A DNA stretch of 64,000 nt from Tubiluchus corallicola (taxonomy: Eukaryota; Animalia; Priapulida), in assembly GCA_030141605.1 (NCBI GenBank), contig JAQGDQ010000503.1, forward strand, positions 70,703 to 134,702. Direction: 5' to 3'. The notes beneath the pieces are model-generated. The model saw nothing but the letters and a program-made list of their open reading frames with translations. It was not told where the DNA came from and ran no database searches. A program made the position numbers and the translations under genes. Of the stretch, positions 26,601-40,292 are shown piece after piece (the stretch's first letter is position 1; each line of letters opens with the position of its first letter).

Positions 26601-27256
26601 TTTCTAAAAGTGCTGATTAATACACATTTGCACAGCTGTATCTCTATTTTTCCATATATTTATTTTGGGCAAAAAACAATAAAAAACTGACAATCATAAA
26701 TGTGGATGTTTCCCTTCTTTCCGATCAGTCTTGAGCCTCGTTCTGTGCCTGGTCTCAGATAACAAAAATATCCTACAGAAGTAACTATGAACGTATCGAA
26801 AAATTTGAATGTTTGTTTGGTACCGGAAGCTGTACACAAATAAATGTACTACTTGACCAGGTATTCGCAAGCTTTCTCTATAATCAACTTTCTTAACTTC
26901 TTTTGTAAATAAGCCTGTTAATTTTCATGAGATATGAATATAATAATTTTTATTTTAACTAATAATTCTAAATAATATTAAAAAATATCACAGCTGCTAT
27001 AAATCGGCAAAGACAGATGTAGGCCTTGCAGTCTTTGGTTAGTGTACAAAAAATTAATGATATCTTAAATTGTAACAAAAGTTACAAAACTGTGCTATGA
27101 TTAACATTTTAATGTAATTACCTGGCGGCATCCTTGGGAAATTTAAAAAAAGATATTCTAGCGTTTATATCTGTATTTTTAAAATTCACTGCGGCGCAGT
27201 AATGAGTGCCTGCCGACTGGCCATGCTTTGGTGAAGGCATCTCATAAATTCGTCTG

Positions 27257-27750
27257 CTAGATACCGGTGCGCGAACTACTGCGCAGTAGGACTTTCCCCC
27301 GCTTTCTGTAGTTTATTGTACATTTCAGTATTTTGTTTTCCTCTTCTAGGTTTCTCATTTTTTCCTCATTTTGCTTATTCCGTTCTTGCAGATCTTCATA
27401 TTGCTTTGAAATGAATTCCTGACTTTTCACAAGTCCGCCTATTTGTCTGTTTACTTCTGTAAGTTTTGAATCTATTGCTGCAGAATTGTCATAAATCCTC
27501 TTACCCAATCGTTCCTCCATTGCTGTCAGTCGTTTCTCAAAAGCGGAAAGAAGTGCCTGCGCTGTATCCTCGTTTAAGCTGCTATTAGATGAGGCCATAT
27601 TACTCCCAGTGTTACTATCTGTAGCTGTATGCTCCTTATGTGACTTTTTAAGAGTATTTACCATCTCACGGTTTTAATCAAAATCTACAGTAAGTTTTCA
27701 TACCTCATGGTCTTTGCTTCACGTTCTCCGACAAATATTTCATCTAAAAC
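27257..27750 (-). mobile_element. LINE ORF1 coiled-coil fragment
   Basis: IDSKLTEVNRQIGGLVKSQEFISKQYEDLQ...LEEENKILK, typical of CR1/L2-group ORF1 N-termini. Confidence 0.65.
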
Positions 27751-28004
27751 ATCCGATTCCTAGTTTTTCGAAGAGAGCTAGCGTTTTGAAACTTCCGCCT
27801 CAGCAGCAGTACGGGGAATCGATTGACGGCTGAGTGTCGAACTTTTCTTTGTTTACGAGTTCGCGCCAATGTCCATACAGCATACGAGATACGATGTTTT
27901 TTCGTTCCAACGTATTTGGTAGCGTAACACCGAACCGGACTGGTTAACTTCCTAGTCCTCACTTCGCGACTGATTACTTGATCGAAAAACAAAAAACTTA
28001 CTCA

Positions 28005-28225
28005 AATATGAGGTGAGAAGATCGATATTGTTATGCTTAACATCATTCAGTTTCTTCCAAAAACAGAGAAAGAGTTTATCAACAATACATTTTCACATAG
28101 TGAGTAACAGCATTGTGACACACATGTAATAAGCAGATTGTTCATTATGTAAATAAGCCCTATACGTTTTAGTGGCTACATTGTTGAAGATTAGTAGCCA
28201 TTGTTATTATAAGGAACAAATTTAC
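28005..28225. repeat. Third partial copy of the segment upstream of the LRR paralogs
   Basis: Near-identical to ~23418-23635 and ~29698-29915. Confidence 0.85.
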
Positions 28226-28639
28226 TCTTTTCTTGTTGATTAATTTAGTGTTTGTGTAATAATACTGTACAAGCATTAAAAAAACATTTGGACGCGAGGA
28301 CTTTTAGACACATAAGACATTTAATTGGACATATAAGACATTTAGACACGGTAATTTGGATGCATGGGTCATTTTGAAACAATCACGGTGCCGGTGGACA
28401 TACCAATAAAATTTATTAAAGCCTGTAGCATTATTATATCAAAACACATTAGCTATATTTTTAATCAAATGACTATGCGTAGTAAGTTCCCAGATTTATG
28501 CAAAACTATTATTATTATTATTATTTATTTATTGACCATGGTCAAAGATATATACAAAAAGTCATAAGAATCGTTCCGAGATAGTTGCAACATTTAAGAA
28601 ATTTAGGCTGATCATAGTCCATAGATCACTCAATGTATG

Positions 28640-29110
28640 GTGTAGTAACAATTAGAGACCAAAAATGGCTAGAGCATCGTGTACAAAATTACAAATATCA
28701 GCGGGATTTCCGCTGAAAAAAGTCACTAAATCATCAAATATTAAATCGGAATTGTTTCTTAAGATACTACAAACCCATGCACAAACGCGGAGAGATAGAT
28801 GATCCGAATAATTATCGTCCAATATCCATAAATCATGGAATTTCAAAATTTTCAAAAGTATTCTATACCAGCAATTAAGCGATTATTAAGGAAAACAATG
28901 ACCTCATACTTTGTTGCCTCGCTACTTCGCAGTTCATTTATCGCTGACCCGCTGTTCACTACCAGCATTACCAACCAAGAAAACTTTATCTGTGTTTTTG
29001 TGCAGTCTTCTATCTGCCATTTGCCCATATTGTTCCATATTGCCCACATTAAACTGCTGATGAAAGCCGTAATGAATTTCTAAATGAAATATCTATTTTT
29101 CTGTTTTTCA
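28640..29110 (-). mobile_element. Decayed LINE (L1/Tx1-like) C-terminal remnants
   Basis: FISSLMWAIWNN resembles the post-zinc-knuckle W.IW motif; weak. Confidence 0.35.
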
Positions 29111-29397
29111 ACAGAAAGAACAAAACTTTACAATCCACGAATCCGTTTATGATTTTTGTACTGATATTTTCAATGATGGATGCCAAATCGTTAAAAATCT
29201 GTAAGTTGAGTTATCACAGTCCTTGATGGTCAGCTACATCTAGAGATCCGTTGGCAATGTCATACAAACAGTTTTTACATAAACACAATACATTTTATTG
29301 TGTAATTAAAAAAGTGTAAATTCAATTCATAAAAAGCACACATAAAAATATTTACAAAATTGATTACTACAGCTAGCATTAGTGATATCGAATTATT

Positions 29398-29695
29398 TTA
29401 CAAATTATTTGGTAATTCAGAATCTTTGTATTGATATACTTCAATAGAGTATTCCATATCACTATAAATCTGCAATAATTTCATTGATTTTTCAAGTTCA
29501 GACTTCGTATTTCTTTCACAAAGTACAATGCATTTCTCGCCATGTAGCGTTGTTGCAGTACACTTGTGTTTTGAGTCTGTTAGAGTACAGCGCAGATCTG
29601 ACAAGCAAACAGTTAATAAAGCTAAGGCACATACTGCCAATAGCAAAGTGATGCTTATGCCAAAGTGAAATTCGGTAAAATATCTCTTCTGAGCA
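29398..29695 (-). pseudogene. Second truncated paralog of LRR-Ig receptor exon 1
   Basis: ORF 29398-29646 LLAVCALALLTVCLSDLRC...CIVLC...LLQIYSDMEYSIEVYQYKDSELPNNL; close copy of 23115-23415. Confidence 0.75.
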
Positions 29696-30046
29696 TAAAA
29701 TATGAGGTAAGAAGATCGATATTGTTATGGTTAACATCATTCAGTTTCTTCCAAAAACAGAGAAAGAGTTTATCAACAATACATTTTCACATAGTGATTA
29801 ACAGCATTGTGACACACATGCAATAAGCAGATTGTTCATTGTGTAAATAAGCCCTATACGTTTTAGTAGCTACATTGTTGAAGATTAGTAGCCATTGTTA
29901 TTATATGGAACAAATTTACTTATTTTTTGTTGATTAGCTTTTTTATACAAGTCAGCATAATTCTGGTAGAGTTCTACCTGGTTTTTCTGTCTGACAGTAA
30001 TGCTCATTCAGGGAAATCATTTGATTGTTGTTATCCCTGCTGACAC

Positions 30047-32145
30047 GTGTGCGGCGTACTGTTGACTGATTAAATTTGTTCGTTTGCGGCATACTGTTGA
30101 CTGATTAAAGTTGTTCGAGTGTAGCCTACTGTGGACTGATTGAAGTTGTTTGTGTGCGGCCCACTGTTGCCTGATTGAAGTTGTTCGTGTGCGGCCTACT
30201 GTGGACTGATTGAAGTTGTTCGTGTGCGGCCTACTGTTGACTGATTAAATTTGTTCGTTTGCGGCCTGCTGTTGACTGATTAAAGTTGTTCGAGTGTAGC
30301 CTACTGTGGACTGATTGAAGTTGTTTGTGTGCGGCCCACTGTTGCCTGATTGAAGTTGTTCGTGTGCGGCCTGCTGTGGACTGATTGAAGTTGTTTGTGT
30401 GCGGCCCACTGTTGACTGATTAAAGTTGTTCGAGTGTAGCCTACTGTGGACTGATTGAAGTTGTTTGTGTGCGGCCCACTGTTGCCTGATTGAAGTTGTT
30501 CGTGTGCGGCCTACTGTGGACTGATTGAAGTTGTTCGTGTGCGGCCTACTGTGGACTGATTGAAGTTGTTCGTGTGCGGCCTGCTGTGGACTGATTGAAG
30601 TTGTTTGTGTGCGGCTTACTGTTGTGATTGAAGTTGTTCATGTGCGGCCTACTGTGGACTGATTGAAGTTGTTTGTGTGCGGCCCACTGTTGCCTGATTG
30701 AAGTTGTTCGTGTGCGGCTTACTGTGGACTGATTAAAGTTGTTTGTGTGCGGCTTACTGTTGTGATTGAAGTTGTTCATGTGCGGCCTACTGTGGACTGA
30801 TTGAAGTTGTTTGTGTGCGGCCCACTGTTGCCTGATTGAAGTTGTTCGTGTGCGGCCTACTGTGGACTGATTGAAGTTGTTTGTGTGCGGCTTACTGTTG
30901 TGATTGAAGTTGTTCATGTGCGGCCTACTGTGGACTGATTGAAGTTGTTTGTGTGTGGCTTACTGTTGTGATTGAAGTTGTTCATGTGCGGCCTACTGTG
31001 GACTGATTGAAGTTGTTTGTGTGCGGCCCACTGTTGCCTGATTGAAGTTGTTCGTGTGCGGCTTACTGTGGACTGATTGAAGTTGTTTGTGTGCGGCTTA
31101 CTGTTGTGATTGAAGTTGTTCATGTGCGGCCTACTGTGGACTGATTGAAGTTGTTTGTGTGCGGCCCACTGTTGCCTGATTGAAGTTGTTCGTTGCGGCT
31201 TACTGTGGACTGATTAAGTTGTTTGTGTGCGGCTTACTGTTGTGATTGAAGTTGTTCATGTGCGGCCTACTGTGGACTGATTGAAGTTGTTTGTGTGCGG
31301 CCCACTCGATTGAAGTTGTTCGTGTGCGGCCTACTGTGGACTGATTGAAGTTGTTTGTGTGCGGCTTACTGTTGTGATTGAAGTTGTTCATGTGCGGCCT
31401 ACTGTGGACTGATTGGTTGTTTGTGTGCGGCCCACTGTTGCCTGATTGAAGTTGTTCGTGTGCGGCTTACTGTGGACTGATTGAAGTTGTTTGTGTGCGG
31501 CTTACTGTTGTGATTGAAGTTGTTCATGTGCGGCCTACTGTGGACTGATTGAAGTTGTTTGTGTGCGGCTTACTGTTGCCTGATTGAAGTTGTTCGTGTG
31601 CGGCTTACTGTGGACTGATTGAAGTTGTTTGTGTGCGGCTTACTGTTGTGATTGAAGTTGTTCGTGTGCGGCCTACTGTGGACTGATTGAAGTTGTTTGT
31701 GTGCGGCACTGTTGTGATTGAAGTTGTTCATGTGCGCCTACTGTGGACTGATTAGCCTACTGTGGACTGATTGAAGTTGTTTGTGTGTAGCCTACTGTTG
31801 ACTGATTAAATTTGTTCGTTTGCGGCATACTGTTGACTGATTAAAGTTGTTCGAGTGTAGCCTACTGTGGACTGATTGAAGTTGTTTGTGTGCGGTGGCT
31901 TATTGAAGTTGTTCATGTGCAGCCTACTGTGGACTGATTGAAGTTGTTTGTGTGTGGCTTACTGTTGTGATTGAAGTTGTTCATGTGCGGCCTACTGTGG
32001 ACTGATTGAAGTTGTTTGTGTGTGGCTTACTGTTGTGATTGAAGTTGTTCATGTGCGGCCTAACTGATTGAAGTTGTTCGTGTGCGGCCTACTGTGGACT
32101 GATTGAAGTTGTTTGTGTGTAGCCTACTGTTGACCTATTGAAGTT
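30047..32145. repeat. 35-bp satellite array A, ~60 copies
   Basis: Unit actgtggactgattgaagttgtttgtgtgcggcct with variants. Confidence 0.97.
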
Positions 32146-32149
32146 GCTA

Positions 32150-32700
32150 AGAACTTTTGCAGTCACAGTAGCTACACTTTTTTGTGACAGTACACAATTG
32201 TCGACAGTCTGTGCAAGCAATCGAGTTGCAGAATTCCATGGCATTAACCATGTTAGAGGCATTGTCACTTATTATCATAAATTCTTTCTCCCTGACATCC
32301 CAATGTTCAAATTGTGCTGTTGGATATCTGTGTGGCTGTCATACATTGGTAGTTTGTTGACTATAAAAGCATTTAGAATCATGGTCTGCACGAAAAATGG
32401 TTCATAATACTCAAAAATGCTTCTTCGTCTCTTGCAGACCAAATGCCGCATGTTATGTTTGCGTACTATGGTGATGCTTAGTTGACTTGGAATTTCAGTT
32501 TCTACCTTGTTGAAATTTCACGTTGGGGTTGCAGTTTACTTAAGAGTTGTCTAAATCCTGGCTTCTCAGCCAATTGGAGAGATTCTTCTTCTACAGCTAT
32601 AATAACCGAGATGACATTTGTTATTTGCATTGCATTTTCAGAATGCCGTGGTGACCTTTAAATCGATGTCTCCGAAATTGTTTTTTGCTTTAATGCCAAA
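32150..32700 (-). mobile_element. hAT (ZBED-type) transposase remnant
   Basis: Minus translation ITCGIWSARDEEAFLSIMNHF (TxDxWS) and IISDNASNMVNAM (xTDNAxNM); frameshifted. Confidence 0.75.
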
Positions 32701-34014
32701 GATTGAGATTCCCACATTTTACTTTTATGTTACCTTCTTCTTACGGCTTTAACTTCTGTGCAGTTAGACCTGATAAGAAAATTAAAAACACTTGGTTAGG
32801 AATTTATGTCACGTGTTCTGTCGACTTGTATTATAGTAGTTGTATTGATGTTTTGAATAGCAATATAAGCTTTTTGGAGTTCTTCCATATGTGTATTAGA
32901 TTATGGAATGCTATTTTCATAAATTTATATATAGACTAATTCAATTCAATTCACTTCAGTGTAATTCAATTTATTTATCTCTTTATGGTGTTACAATAAA
33001 ACATGATTAATAAAAGAATCTCTAATAAGTTTTGAAGAATGGTTAAAATGTATAGATAGATCTAGAACTAGAGAAAGGATTGCAAAAAGACTATAAAGTC
33101 ACCTAGTCTGCTATCCTTTACCGAATATAGATAAAAAGGTTTTTTAGGCACTGGTGGACATTAATGTTATCAGTTCAATTTACGAAACATTAGTGATTTT
33201 TAAAATCATGAGATTTTCTATATAATCCAGAGAGAAGAATATACATGTAGTTTAATTAGCGGGCAACAAAATAAGGTCAATCTTGATTAAACTAAAAATT
33301 GCATTTAGATTTTATGTGAAATACAGGTCAAAATTCTTATGAAATGATAAAAACACTTTGAGTTAATAATGCTATTGATCAATGTAATTGTAACTATGTA
33401 ATTTACACATGCATAAATTATTCATAAATTGAACGAAGTCTAGGAATCTCACAGTGACCTCATGAACGGCTCTTTCGTTCCTCTCATTTCTCGGCTGATG
33501 GGTTATCAAACATTTCATTAGTCAAGCAAATGTAAAGAATAATACAGTTAATGGCTATTTCACTGTTTAGCATCTTCGGGATTTTATTCACAGCATTATA
33601 CCCAAATTTAGATTAAGTTATAAATTTGACGATACTTCAGAGCAGCTCACGTAATCATTCACATATTAGCACATAACTAAATTTCATCGTAGGACTGAAA
33701 TAGAAACAAAAAAGGAGAGAAATTGAATGCAGTAAATATGGAAAATCAATAATTATTACAAATTTAGATATGGAAAGACAAAAGTTATGCCTAGCACCTT
33801 TAGTGCTGTTCTTTTATTTTACAAAGATCAGGTAGCTATTGAGATGGAAAGCATATAGAAACCCCATTTCAAAATATGTATAATTACTACTAGGTCCCCA
33901 TCTGTAACCAAACTAAATGCTGTAAAATAAACTAATTTAATTACATTCTAATTTATTGTAATAATTTACCTCGTCACCCTTGGTGCCATCGGAGGCACTC
34001 CCCCTTGTGCTAGA

Positions 34015-37000
34015 GTGTGTAGCCTACTGTTGGCTGATTGAAGTTGTTCATGTGCGGCCTACTGTTGGCTGATTGAAGTTGTTCATGTGCGGCCTACTGT
34101 TGACTGATTGAAGTTGTTCATGTGCAGCCTACTGTTGGCTGATTGAAGTTGTTCATGTGCGGCCTACTGTTGACTGATTGAAGTTGTTCATGTGCAGCCT
34201 ACTGTTGGCTGATTGAAGTTGTTCATGTGCAGCCTACTGTTGACTGATTGAAGTTGTTCATGTGCGGCCTACTCTTGCCTGATTGAAGTTGTTCATGTGC
34301 AGCCTACTGTTGGCTGATTGAAGTTGTTCATGTGCGGCCTACTGTTGACTGATTGAAGTTGTTCATGTGCAGCCTACTGTTGACTGATTGAAGTTGTTCA
34401 TGTGCAGCCTACTGTTGGCTGATTGAAGTTGTTCATGTGTAGCCTACTGTTGGCTGATTGAAGTTGTTCATGTGCAGCCTACTGTTGGCTGATTGAAGTT
34501 GTTCATGTGCAGCCTACTGTTGACTGATTGAAGTTGTTCATGTGCGGCCTACTGTTGACTGATTGAAGTTGTTCATGTGCAGCCTACTGTTGACTGATTG
34601 AAGTTGTTCATGTGCAGCCTACTGTTGACTGATTGAAGTTGTTCATGTGCAGCCTACTGTTGACTGATTGAAGTTGTTCATGTGCGGCCTACTGTTGACT
34701 GATTGAAGTTGTTCATGTGCAGCCTACTGTTGACTGATTGAAGTTGTTCATGTGTAGCCTACTGTTGGCTGATTGAAGTTGTTCATGTGCAGCCTACTGA
34801 GGGCTGATTGAAGTTGTTCATGTGTACCCTACTGTTGACTGATTGAAGTTGTTCGTGTGCAGCCTACTGTTGACTGATTGAAGTTGTTCATGTGCGGCCT
34901 ACTGTTGGCTGATTGAAGTTGTTCATGTGCGGCTTACTGTTGGCTGATTGAAGTTGTTCATGTGCGGCCTACTGTTGGCTGATTGAAGTTGTTCATGTGC
35001 GGCCTACTGTTGACTGATTGAAGTTGTTCATGTGCGGCCTACTGTTGACTGATTGAAGTTGTTCATGTGCAGCCTACTGTTGACTGATTGAAGTTGTTCA
35101 TGTGCAGCCTACTGTTGACTGATTGAAGTTGTTCATGTGCAGCCTACTGTTGACTGATTGAAGTTGTTCATGTGTGGCCTACTGTTGACTGATTGAAGTT
35201 GTTCATGTGCAGCCTACTGTTGACTGATTGAAGTTGTTCATGTGTAGCCTACTGTTGGCTGATTGAAGTTGTTCATGTGTAGCCTACTGTTGACTGATTG
35301 AAGTTGTTCATGGAGCCTACTGTTGGCTGAGAATTCATGTGCGGCCTACTGTTGACTGATTGAAGTTGTTCATGTGCGGCCTACTGTTGACTGATTGAAG
35401 TTGTTCTTGTGCGGCCTACTGTTGACTGATTGAAGTTGTTCATGTGCAGCCTACTGTTGACTGATTGAAGTTGTTCATGTGCAGCCTACTGAGGGCTGAT
35501 TGAAGTTGTTTATGTGTACCCTACTGTTGACTGATTGAAGTTGTTCGTGTGCAGCCTACTGTTAACTGATTGATGTTGTTCGTGTGCGGCCTACTGTTGG
35601 CTGATTGAAGTTGTTCGTATGTGGCTTACTGTTGGCTGATTGAAGTTGTTCGTGTGCGGCCTACTGTTGGCTGATTGAAGTTGTTCGTATGTGGCTTACT
35701 GTTGACTGATTGAAGTTGTTCATGTGCGGCCTACTCTTGCCTGATTGAAGTTGTTCATGTGCAGCCTACTGTTGGCTGATTGAAGTTGTTCATGTGCGGC
35801 CTCCTGTTGACTGATTGAAGTTGTTTGTGTGCGGCCTACTGTTGACTGATTAAAGTTGTTCGAGTGTAGCCTACTGTGGACTGATTGAAGTTGTTTGTGT
35901 GCGGCCCACTGTTGCCTGATTGAAGTTGTTCGTGTGCGGCCTACTGTTGACTGATTAAATTTGTTCGTTTGTGGCATACTGTTGACTGATTAAAGTTGTT
36001 CGAGTGTAGCCTACTGTGGACTGATTGAAGTTGTTTGTGTGTAGCCTACTGTTGGCTGATTGAAGTTGTTCATGTGCAGCCTACTGTTGACTGATTGAAG
36101 TTGTTCATGTGCGGCCTACTGTTGACTGATTGAAGTTGTTCATGTGCAGCCTACTGTTGACTGATTGAAGTTGTTCATGTGCAGCCTACTGTTGACTGAT
36201 TGAAGTTGTTCATGTGTGGCCTACTGTTGACTGATTGAAGTTGTTCATGTGCAGCCTACTGTTGACTGATTGAAGTTGTTCATGTGTAGCCTACTGTTGG
36301 CTGATTGAAGTTGTTCATGTGTAGCCTACTGTTGACTGATTGAAGTTGTTCATGTGCAGCCTACTGTTGGCTGATTGAAGTTGTTCATGTGCGGCCTACT
36401 GTTGACTGATTGAAGTTGTTCATGTGCGGCCTACTGTTGACTGATTGAAGTTGTTCTTGTGCGGCCTACTGTTGACTGATTGAAGTTGTTCATGTGCAGC
36501 CTACTGTTGACTGATTGAAGTTGTTCATGTGCAGCCTACTGAGGGCTGATTGAAGTTGTTCATGTGTACCCTACTGTTGACTGATTGAAGTTGTTCGTGT
36601 GCAGCCTACTGTTAACTGATTGAAGTTGTTCGTGTGCGGCCTACTGTTGGCTGATTGAAGTTGTTCGTATGTGGCTTACTGTTGGCTGATTGAAGTTGTT
36701 CGTGTGCGGCCTACTGTTGGCTGATTGAAGTTGTTCGTATGTGGCTTACTGTTGACTGATTGAAGTTGTTCATGTGCGGCCTACTCTTGCCTGATTGAAG
36801 TTGTTCATGTGCAGCCTACTGTTGGCTGATTGAAGTTGTTCATGTGCGGCCTACTGTTGACTGATTGAAGTTGTTCTTGTGCGGCCTACTGTTGACTGAT
36901 TGAAGTTGTTCATGTGCAGCCTACTGTTGACTGATTGAAGTTGTTCATGTGCAGCCTACTGTTGACTGATTGAAGTTGTTCATGTGCAGCCTACTGTTGG

Positions 37001-37420
37001 CTGATTGAAGTTGTTCATGTGCAGCCTACTGTTGACTGATTGAAGTTGTTCATGTGCGGCCTACTGTTGGCTGATGGAAGTTGTTCATGTGCGGCTTACT
37101 GTTGGCTGATTGAAGTTGTTCATGTGCGGCCTACTGTTGGCTGATTGAAGTTGTTCATGTGCGGCCTACTGTTGACTGATTGAAGTTGTTCATGTGCGGC
37201 CTACTGTTGACTGATTGAAGTTCTTTGTGTGCGGCCTACTGTTGACTGATTGAAGTTGTTCATGTGCGGCCTACTGTTGGCTGATTGAAGTTGTTCATGT
37301 GCGGCCTACTGTTGGCTGATTGAAGTTGTTCATGTGCGGCCTACTGTTGACTGATTGAAGTTGTTCATATGCGGCCTACTGTTGGCTGATTGAAGTTGTT
37401 CATGTGCAGCCTACTGTTGA
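34015..37420. repeat. 35-bp satellite array B, ~97 copies, same family as array A
   Basis: Unit actgttgactgattgaagttgttcatgtgcagcct. Confidence 0.97.
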
Positions 37421-37854
37421 CAGTTGGAATAACAACTGTTAATACAGCCAATCACGAGAGTTCCTTTCCTAATGTGTTCACTGCAGTCATTCTCAAAACA
37501 ACTAAGCGTGAATTATATTTGTGATACGCACATTTGAATTGCAAAATAACTGCAGTCATCTGAGTTCCATAAAATACAAATGCTGCCAACTACAGGCATC
37601 AGTGAAAGTTATTTACCTCTGACATTTCTGGCAGCATCTATATTAACAAATCGCAACTTGTATTAAATCTCATCAAAATTTAAAATAATTCAGTGCAGCT
37701 GGGTCTATTCAAAATAGGAATGTAAGAGAAATACAATGTTTAGCTCATAAAAGACAAATCAGTATAAGTCAAGAGTTAACTAGTTTGGCATGATTACAAC
37801 AGTAGCTTTTATTGAACTGAACATTTTGCACAAATTAAAGTAATGCAATATTAC

Positions 37855-39127
37855 ACACCTGTGTATTTTCCTGGTGCTTGATATGAAGAATCATAATCGC
37901 ATCCAAAAACCTTCCTGTTGAGCTCATTCACTGTCTGCTTCAATTCTCTCTTTTTCTCAATGCACCTGTCTGAGTTTAGAGCTGGTAGTTTGGTGGATCT
38001 TGCAGACATTTCACACGACGTTTTTGTTGAGCCCATTCTGCCATCATACGCTGACTGTCGACAAGGGAACGCACATGGTGTCCTTGCCTTGTTCTCCAGA
38101 AAAGACTTCGATTATTCTGTCTAGAAGGCAGGTCATTTCCTCCACTCCTTGTGTCGCACGACGACAGTGCCGAGCTAGCTCGTGTCTCGTCAATTGTCTT
38201 CTGACGTTAGTCCAGCAGTCCAGCGGCCATCTCCGTCAATCCAGCACCTTCTGCACACGTGGCAACAGATATGAGCACTTGTCCTAGTTCATTACCCACA
38301 TTCGTACTGTGGCCAGCCAACTTCTTCACGACCTTCTTCGTGGAATCCATCTTCAGTATTTTGCCAAAAGTCGATGTAACCTTAGCCTTCACCTCAACTA
38401 GCCTCTGAAGAGCGTCGAGAGCATATACACTCAAAAGCCATTTTGGAGTTGGTACGGATGGCATTTGGGGAATAGCCACAATCCTCACTGGTGTTATCAT
38501 GGCTGAAGCAAATGGCTCGCATGCTGTCAGGTATTGTGCTGTTTTCACTAAGCATGCTTCAGTGTGAGATGCCAAGAGTTTATTGTATAACTGCGCTGAT
38601 GTATTCCCCTTGCTTCTCTCTCTCAACAATATCAGAAGACGCTTGCTACATGCATACCTGTATGTTAGTAGTGCAGGAAACTGCGAACGCTGGCCTACAT
38701 CGATTTGCTGCAGTATTCCTGGGCACCATGCTGCAACTTTGATATGGCATACTCTACATTCCAGATAGTCAGTAGCAAGAAGAAAGGTGCCATCCACATC
38801 GACTACTTGGCAAACTGTCTTTTAATATCCACAAAGAGCCATTTGTCCTACGCAGTCAGGTTTGACACACTGCAGTCTCACCTTCCAGAAACGAAGTGGC
38901 ATCCAAAGAAATAATGGTCTTGCAAAAAACAGAGCCGTGGATGCTGGTGGCTGATTATGAATCATTAGAGGTTGTGGTGGATGAACCCACATCTGGATGT
39001 TCGGCTTCAACTGCCGTTTACCACCAGGTTCAATGATGGAAACAGCTTTAGAGATCCAGGCCTGTTCCCTCTTTGGTATGGCTTCTTTCGTTTGTATGTC
39101 CTTGGCATGGAGGACTGAATAGAACAT
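37855..39127 (-). mobile_element. Internally deleted DUF6729-type (Dada-like) DDE transposase
   Basis: FFARPLFLWMP, CVKPDC, YLECRVC, SQFPALLTYRYACS, LKMDSTKKVVKKL, TNVGNELGQVL, ELARHCRR, APGKYTG. Motif order recalled from this family; one stop and several deletions. Confidence 0.6.
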
Positions 39128-39160
39128 CAGGAATATAGAGAAAGCAATACCTAAAATGAC

Positions 39161-39545
39161 AGTGGGGTAAGTTGATCACCTGATCAAAATACCCCACTAT
39201 GGCAAGATCATTTTACCCCATCCCATGTCACTTCACAAAAACTTCAACACACAAAAATCCAATCGCCAGAAAAGAATTTAAATTGTCACAATTAAAGCAT
39301 AAATATAACCGGTTGCTATATGCAAATGCAAATAACAAGCTATAGTAATATTAACACATACCTGATTCGCTGATTTTATGACCTATTTCTCTCCCTGTTC
39401 TACAGAACGCTTCTGCACAAAAATGGCGGATAGGCTATCAGTGGAGTCATTGCCTAATGATTCATGGAACATCTGAAAGACCTTATGGCACCACTAGTTT
39501 AGGATGATCAACCTGCCCCACTGTTCAACTTACCCCACTCTCCCC
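39161..39545. mobile_element. MITE-like element with AGTGGGGTAAGTTGA inverted ends
   Basis: agtggggtaagttga at 39161 vs tcaacttaccccact at ~39525; right end CTCCCC|TA. Confidence 0.6.
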
Positions 39546-39723
39546 TATTAATAAACAATATATTTGAGCATGTTATAAACCAGGTCACAGCTTCTTTCAT
39601 GTAGGTGGATGCATACCTTTAGTTCAATAATGATACTAATGGCAGTATATTATTGTGAACGGTTAGTGCTCTATAAGAACTAATTTATTCACATTGCAAC
39701 AAGTGTATAATAATGTAGCGTAC

Positions 39724-39891
39724 CTTGTCACACGGAGCGGAGCCGGCGGAAGCACCACGCCCTGCTCAACAGGGCAGCAGGAGTGCTTCCTCGCGGCCCC
39801 AAACCTAGCGTTTCCTAGGCCCTGACAGCCAATGTTGATCAACCTGAAGCCAGGCCCGATACCGGGCCTGTCGAAATTTCTGCAGCATCGT
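39724..39891 (-). CDS. Orphan 168-bp symmetric exon (RCCRNFDRPGIGPGFRLINIGCQGLGNARFG...EQGVVLPPAPL)
   Basis: tttttcag acceptor and gtacgc donor; paralog at ~41395-41565 differs mostly at synonymous sites. Confidence 0.5.
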
Positions 39892-40292
39892 CTGAAAAAC
39901 AAGCATTTACTATTAGTAAAAAGAATAAATGACTCAAATAAACTGACAATGAGAATAAACAATTCATGACCTCCAACATTAATAGAAAATCCAACTAGAA
40001 AATAATCCATATTAAGCACATTAATTAGTTTCAAAATATTTCAAATTACTATTTATTAGGAAACTGACAATTTAACTTTTGCTCATTTTTGCAAAAAAAT
40101 TAAATTACAGTGTGTTTAAACGTAACACCGCTCGCGACAATGCACTGCACCTTTAATATAAAACGTGTCGATGAATTATTTTGGGTGCTAAAGTCTTATA
40201 TGAGAACACAATGTCTCCACCGTTTCTTTCATTCTGCACATTTTGTTGTTACTTTATTATTTTTATACTTTATATTTTTTACTCTATTAATC

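Noticed and set aside
30047-37420. 35-bp repeats as a CRISPR array
   Set aside because: Head-to-tail units with no unique spacers, no cas genes, eukaryotic context. The same applies to the other arrays.
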